Shown one piece after another: positions 58,001-64,000 of a DNA stretch of 64,000 nucleotides. The DNA lies in NCBI GenBank assembly GCA_964057225.1, contig OZ059895.1, positions 19,530,001 through 19,594,000 on the forward strand, written 5' to 3'. The notes beneath the pieces were generated by a model. It did not search any database. It was not told where the DNA came from and worked only from the letters and a program-made list of their open reading frames with translations. The DNA is from Auanema rhodensis (Eukaryota > Animalia > Nematoda). The translations under genes were made by a program, and so were the position numbers. Each line of letters begins with the position of its first letter. The first letter of the stretch is position 1.

Positions 58001-61000
58001 TGCACCAATATCAATAAAAATTTGTTTTAAGACTAATATGGACATGAGAAATCTAATTTTGAAAACCGCATCTCTTCATCTTTCATGTGAAGCGAGTTAC
58101 ATATCAAGTGCACATCACGTGTACATTGAATTAGCATAAATTAAAGTTCACGTAAATTTCAAAGTCATGGTTAACATGCACCAATATCAATAAAAATTTG
58201 TTTTTAGACTAATATGGACATGGGGAATCTATTTTTGAAAACCGCATCTCTTCATCTTTCACGTGAAGCGAGTTACATACCAAGTGCACATCACGTGTAC
58301 ACTTAATTAGCATAAATTAAAGTTCACGTAAATTTCGAAGTCATGGTTAACATGCACCAATATCAATAAAAATTTGTTTTTAGACTAATATGGACATGGG
58401 GAATCTAATTTTGAAAACCGCATCTCTTTATCTTTCACGTGAAGCGAGTTACATACCAAGTGCACATCACGTGTACATTTAATTAGCATAAATTAAAGTT
58501 CACGTAAGTTTCAAAGTCATGGTTACCATGCACCAATATCAATAAAAATTTGTTTTAAGACTAATATGGACATGAGAAATCTAATTTTGAAAACCGCATC
58601 TCTTTCTCTTTGACGTGAAGCGAGTTACATACCAAGTGCACATCTGGTGTACACTTAATTAGCATAAATTAAAGTTCACGTAAATTTCAAAGTCATGGTT
58701 AACATGCACCAATATCAATAAAAATTTGTTTTTAGACTAATATGGACATGGGGAATCTAATTTTGAAAACCGCATCTCTTTATCTTTCACGTGAAGCGAG
58801 TTACATACCAAGTGCACATCACGTGTACATTTAATTAGCATAAATTAAAGTTCACGTAAATTTCAAAGTCATGGTTACCATGCACCAATATCAATAAAAA
58901 TTTGTTTTAAGACTAATATGGACATGAGAAATCTAATTTTGAAAACCGCATCTCTTCATCTTTCACGTGAAGCGAGTTACATACCAAGTGCACATCACGT
59001 GTACATTGAATTAGCATAAATTAAAGTTCACGTAAATTTCAAAGTCATGGTTACCATGCACCAATATCAATAAAAATTTGTTTTTAGACTAATATGGACA
59101 TGGGGAATCTAATTTTGAAAACCGCATCTCTTTATCTTTCACGTGAAGCGAGTTACATACCAAGTGCACATCACGTGTACATTTAATTAGCATAAATTAA
59201 AGTTCACGTAAATTTCAAAGTCATGGTTACCATGCACCAATATCAATAAAAATTTGTTTTAAGACTAATATGGACATGAGAAATCTAATTTTGAAAACCG
59301 CATCTCTTCATCTTTCACGTGAAGCGAGTTACATACCAAGTGCACATCACGTGTACACTTAATTAGCATAAATTAAAGTTCACGTAAATTTCAAAGTCAT
59401 GGTTACCATGCACCAATATCAATAAAAATTTGTTTTTAGACTAATATGGACATGGGGAATCTAATTTTGAAAACCACATCTCTTTATCTTTCACGTGAAG
59501 CGAGTTACATACCAAGTGCACATCACGTGTACATTGAATTAGCATAAATTAAAGTTCACGTAAATTTCAAAGTCATGGTTAACATGCACCAATATCAATA
59601 AAAATTTGTTTTTAGACTAATATGGACATGGGGAATCTATTTTTGAAAACCGCATCTCTTCATCTTTCACGTGAAGCGAGTTACATACCAAGTGCACATC
59701 ACGTGTACACTTAATTAGCATAAATTAAAGTTCACGTAAATTTCGAAGTCATGGTTACCATGCACCAATATCAATAAAAATTTGTTTTTAGACTAATATG
59801 GACATGATGAATCTAATTTTGAAAACCACATCTCTTTATCTTTCACGTGAAGCGAGTTACATACCAAGTGCACATCTCGTGTACACTTAATTAGCATAAA
59901 TTAAAGTTCACGTAAATTTCAAAGTCATGGTTAACATGCACCAATATCAATAAAAATTTGTTTTTAGACTAATATGGACATGGGGAATCTAATTTTGAGA
60001 ACCGCATCTCTTTATCTTTCACGTGAAGCGAGTTACATACCAAGTGCACATCAGGTGTACATTTAATTAGCATAAATTAAAGTTCACGTAAATTTCAAAG
60101 TCATGGTTACCATGCACCAATATCAAAAAAATTTGTTTTTAGACTAATATGGACATGGGGAATCTAATTTTGAAAACCGCATCTCTTTATCTTTCACGTG
60201 AAGCGAGTTACATACCAAGTGCACATCACGTGTACATTTAATTAGCATAAATTAAAGTTCACGTAAATTTCAAAGTCATGGTTACCATGCACCAATATCA
60301 ATAAAAATTTGTTTTAAGACTAATATGGACATGAGAAATCTAATTTTGAAAACCGCATCTCTTCATCTTTCACGTGAAGCGAGTTACATACCAAGTGCAC
60401 ATCACGTGTACACTTAATTAGCATAAATTAAAGTTCACGTAAATTTCAAAGTCATGGTTACCATGCACCAATATCAATAAAAATTTGTTTTTAGACTAAT
60501 ATGGACATGGGGAATCTAATTTTGAAAACCACATCTCTTTATCTTTCACGTGAAGCGAGTTACATACCAAGTGCACATCACGTGTACATTGAATTAGCAT
60601 AAATTAAAGTTCACGTAAATTTCAAAGTCATGGTTAACATGCACCAATATCAATAAAAATTTGTTTTTAGACTAATATGGACATGGGGAATCTATTTTTG
60701 AAAACCGCATCTCTTCATCTTTCACGTGAAGCGAGTTACATACCAAGTGCACATCACGTGTACACTTAATTAGCATAAATTAAAGTTCACGTAAATTTCG
60801 AAGTCATGGTTACCATGCACCAATATCAATAAAAATTTGTTTTTAGACTAATATGGACATGATGAATCTAATTTTGAAAACCGCATCTCTTTATCTTTCA
60901 CGTGAAGCGAGTTACATACCAAGTGCACATCACGTGTACACTTAATTAGCATAAATTAAAGTTCACGTAAATTTCAAAGTCATGGTTACCATGCACCAAT

Positions 61001-63450
61001 ATCAATAAAAATTTGTTTTTAGACTAATATGGACATGGGGAATCTAATTTTGAAAACCACATCTCTTTATCTTTCACGTGAAGCGAGTTACATACCAAGT
61101 GCACATCTCGTGTACACTTAATTAGCATAAATTAAAGTTCACGTAAATTTCAAAGTCATGGTTAACATGCACCAATATCAATAAAAATTTGTTTTTAGAC
61201 TAATATGGACATGGGGAATCTATTTTTGAAAACCGCATCTCTTCATCTTTCACGTGAAGCGAGTTACATACCAAGTGCACATCACGTGTACACTTAATTA
61301 GCATAAATTAAAGTTCACGTAAATTTCGAAGTCATGGTTACCATGCACCAATATCAATAAAAATTTGTTTTTAGACTAATATGGACATGGGGAATCTAAT
61401 TTTGAAAACCGCATCTCTTTATCTTTCACGTGAAGCGAGTTACATACCAAGTGCACATCACGTGTACATTTAATTAGCATAAAGTAAAGTTCACGTAAAT
61501 TTCAAAGTCATGGTTACCACGAACCAATATCAATAAAAATTTGTTTTTAGACTAATATGGACATGGGGAATCTAATTTTGAAAACCGCATCTCTTTATCT
61601 TTCACGTGAAGCGAGTTACATACCAAGTGCACATCACGTGTACATTTAATTAGCATAAATTAAAGTTCACGTAAATTTCAAAGTCATGGTTACCATGCAC
61701 CAATATCAATAAAAATTTGTTTTTAGACTAATATGGACATGGGGAATCTAATTTTGAAAACCGCATCTCTTTATCTTTCACGTGAAGCGAGTTACATACC
61801 AAGTGCACATCACGTGTACATTTAAATAGCATGAATTAAAGTTCACGTAAATTTCAAAGTCATGGTTACCATGCACCAATATCAATAAAAATTTGTTTTT
61901 AGACTAATATGGACATGGGGAATCTAATTTTGAAAACCGCATCTCTTTATCTTTCACGTGAAGCGAGTTACATACCAAGTGCACATCACGTGTACATTTA
62001 ATTAGCATAAATTAAAGTTCACGTAAATTTCAAAGTCATGGTTACCATGCACCAATATCAATAAAAATTTGTTTTTAGACTAATATGGACATGGGGAATC
62101 TAATTTTGAAAACCGCATCTCTTTATCTTTCACGTGAAGCGAGTTACATACCAAGTGCACATCACGTGTACATTTAATTAGCATAAATTAAAGTTCACGT
62201 AAATTTCAAAGTCATGGTTACCATGCACCAATATCAATAAAAATTTGTTTTTAGACTAATATGGACATGGGGAATCTAATTTTGAAAACCGCATCTCTTT
62301 ATCTTTCACGTGAAGCGAGTTACATACCAAGTGCACATCACGTGTACATTTAATTAGCATAAATTAAAGTTCACGTAAATTTCAAAGTCATGGTTACCAT
62401 GAACCAATATCAATAAAAATTTGTTTTTAGACTAATATGGACATGGGGAATCTAATTTTGGAAACCGCATCTCTTTATCTTTCACGTGAAGCGAGTTACA
62501 TACCAAGTGCACATCACGTGTACATTTAATTAGCATAAATTAAAGTTCACGTAAATTTCAAAGTCATGGTTAGCATGCACCAATATCAATAAAAACTTGT
62601 TTTAAGACTAATATGGACATGAGAAATCTAATTTTGAAAACCGCATCTCTTCATCTTTCACGTGAAGCGAGTTACATATCAAGTGCACATCACGTGTACA
62701 CTTAATTAGCATAAATGAAAGTTCACGTAATTTTCAAAGTCATGGTTAACATGCACCAATATCAATAAAAATTTGTTTTTAGACTAATATGGACATGGGG
62801 AATCTAATTTTGAAAACCACATCTCTTTATCTTTCACGTGAAGCGAGTTACATACCAAGTGCACATCACGTGTACATTGAATTAGCATAAATTAAAGTTC
62901 ACGTAAATTTCAAAGTCATGGTTACCATGCACCAATGTCAATAAAAATTTGTTTTAAGACTAATATGGACATGAGAAATCTAATTTTGAAAACCGCATCT
63001 CTTTATCTTTCACGTGAAGCGAGTTACATACCAAGTGCACATCACGTGTACATTTAATTAGCATAAATTTAAGTTTACGTAAATTTCAAAGTCATGGTTA
63101 CCATGCACCAATATCAATAAAAATTTGTTTTAAGACTAATATGGACATGAGAAATCTAATTTTGAAAACCGCATCTCTTCATCTTTCATGTGAAGCGAGT
63201 TACATATCAAGTGCACATCACGTGTACATTGAATTAGCATAAATTAAAGTTCACGTAAATTTCAAAGTCATGGTTAACATGCACCAATATCAATAAAAAT
63301 TTGTTTTAAGACTAATATGGACATGGGGAATCTATTTTTGAAAACCGCATCTCTTCATCTTTCACGTGAAGCGAGTTACATACCAAGTGCACATCACGTG
63401 TACACTTAATTAGCATAAATTAAAGTTCACGTAAATTTCGAAGTCATGGT
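52020..63450 (+). repeat. Imperfect 28/29-mer higher-order periodicity (4,927/5,103 bp)
   Basis: CAATGTC at 52731/57834/62937 (5103, 5103). AAATTTAAGTTTACG at 53040/57967/63070 (4927, 5103). GATGAATC at 54881/59808 (4927). Confidence 0.75.
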
Positions 63451-64000
63451 TAACATGCACCAATATCAATAAAAATTTGTTTTTAGACTAATATGGACAT
63501 GGGGAATCTAATTTTGGAAACCGCATCTCTTTATCTTTCACGTGAAGCGAGTTACATACCAAGTGCACATCACGTGTACATTTAATTAGCATAAATTAAA
63601 GTTCACGTAAATTTCAAAGTCATGGTTAGCATGCACCAATATCAATAAAAACTTGTTTTAAGACTAATATGGACATGAGAAATCTAATTTTGAAAACCGC
63701 ATCTCTTCATCTTTCACGTGAAGCGAGTTACATATCAAGTGCACATCACGTGTACACTTAATTAGCATAAATGAAAGTTCACGTAATTTTCAAAGTCATG
63801 GTTAACATGCACCAATATCAATAAAAATTTGTTTTTAGACTAATATGGACATGGGGAATCTAATTTTGAAAACCACATCTCTTTATCTTTCACGTGAAGC
63901 GAGTTACATACCAAGTGCACATCACGTGTACATTGAATTAGCATAAATTAAAGTTCACGTAAATTTCAAAGTCATGGTTACCATGCACCAATGTCAATAA
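62403..64000 (+). repeat. 6-mer higher-order repeat, period 1,056 bp, second copy cut by the window end
   Basis: TTTTGGAAACC at 62461/63517, GGTTAGCATG at 62573/63629 and CAATGTC at 62937/63993. Confidence 0.88.

Larger units (their letters stand above)
1..64000. repeat. 176-bp tandem satellite array, 364 full monomers plus 23 bp, single orientation, running off both window ends; candidate centromeric or pericentromeric satellite
   Basis: The TTA(A/C)CATGCACCAATATC start recurs at 1, 177 ... 2641 (=1+15x176) ... 63978. Monomers differ at only a few recurrent positions. No unrelated sequence interrupts the array. The centromeric role is inferred only. Confidence 0.99.

Noticed and set aside
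1-64000. Protein-coding ORFs from the repeated ATG codons
   Set aside because: TAA/TAG/TGA and their complements are frequent in every monomer, and 176 is not a multiple of 3, so no long frame persists on either strand.
1-64000. CRISPR array or other repeat-spacer system
   Set aside because: There are no unique spacers. The entire 176 bp repeats, and no cas or other genes are present.
1-64000. Transposon insertion or orientation switch hidden in the array
   Set aside because: The monomer register is fully explained by 364x176 minus 87 deleted bases, and I saw no foreign or reverse-complement segment.

Overview
The whole 64 kb window is one uninterrupted head-to-tail satellite DNA array. The monomer is 176 bp and about 32% GC, and there are 364 full monomers plus a 23-bp partial copy. 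The register checks out: the last monomer starts at 63978, which is 1 + 364x176 minus 87 deleted bases, and I located all 87. Consensus, phased at position 1: TTA(C/A)CATGCACCAATATCAATAAAAATTTGTTTT(T/A)AGACTAATATGGACATG(G/A)G(G/A)AATCTAATTTTGAAAACC(G/A)CATCTCTT(T/C)ATCTTTCACGTGAAGCGAGTTACATA(C/T)CAAGTGCACATCACGTGTACA(T/C)T(T/G)AATTAGCATAAATTAAAGTTCACGTAAATTTCAAAGTCATGG. I found no genes, RNA genes, transposon insertions, inversions or CRISPR spacers. Monomer size, homogeneity and AT richness fit a eukaryotic centromeric or pericentromeric satellite (inference), but I cannot name the family or species. The informative signal lies in the variants. They define nested higher-order repeats (3-, 4-, 5-, 6-, 7-, 8-, 9-, 29- and 41-mers), an apparently identical 7,186-bp tandem duplication, two dispersed duplications each offset by 48 monomers, and a distinct deletion-rich domain at 4.6-24.5 kb. 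The monomer is also unusually dense in palindromes and CACGTG motifs. I cannot support a new gene-based system here. All comparisons were made by eye, so block ends are approximate.
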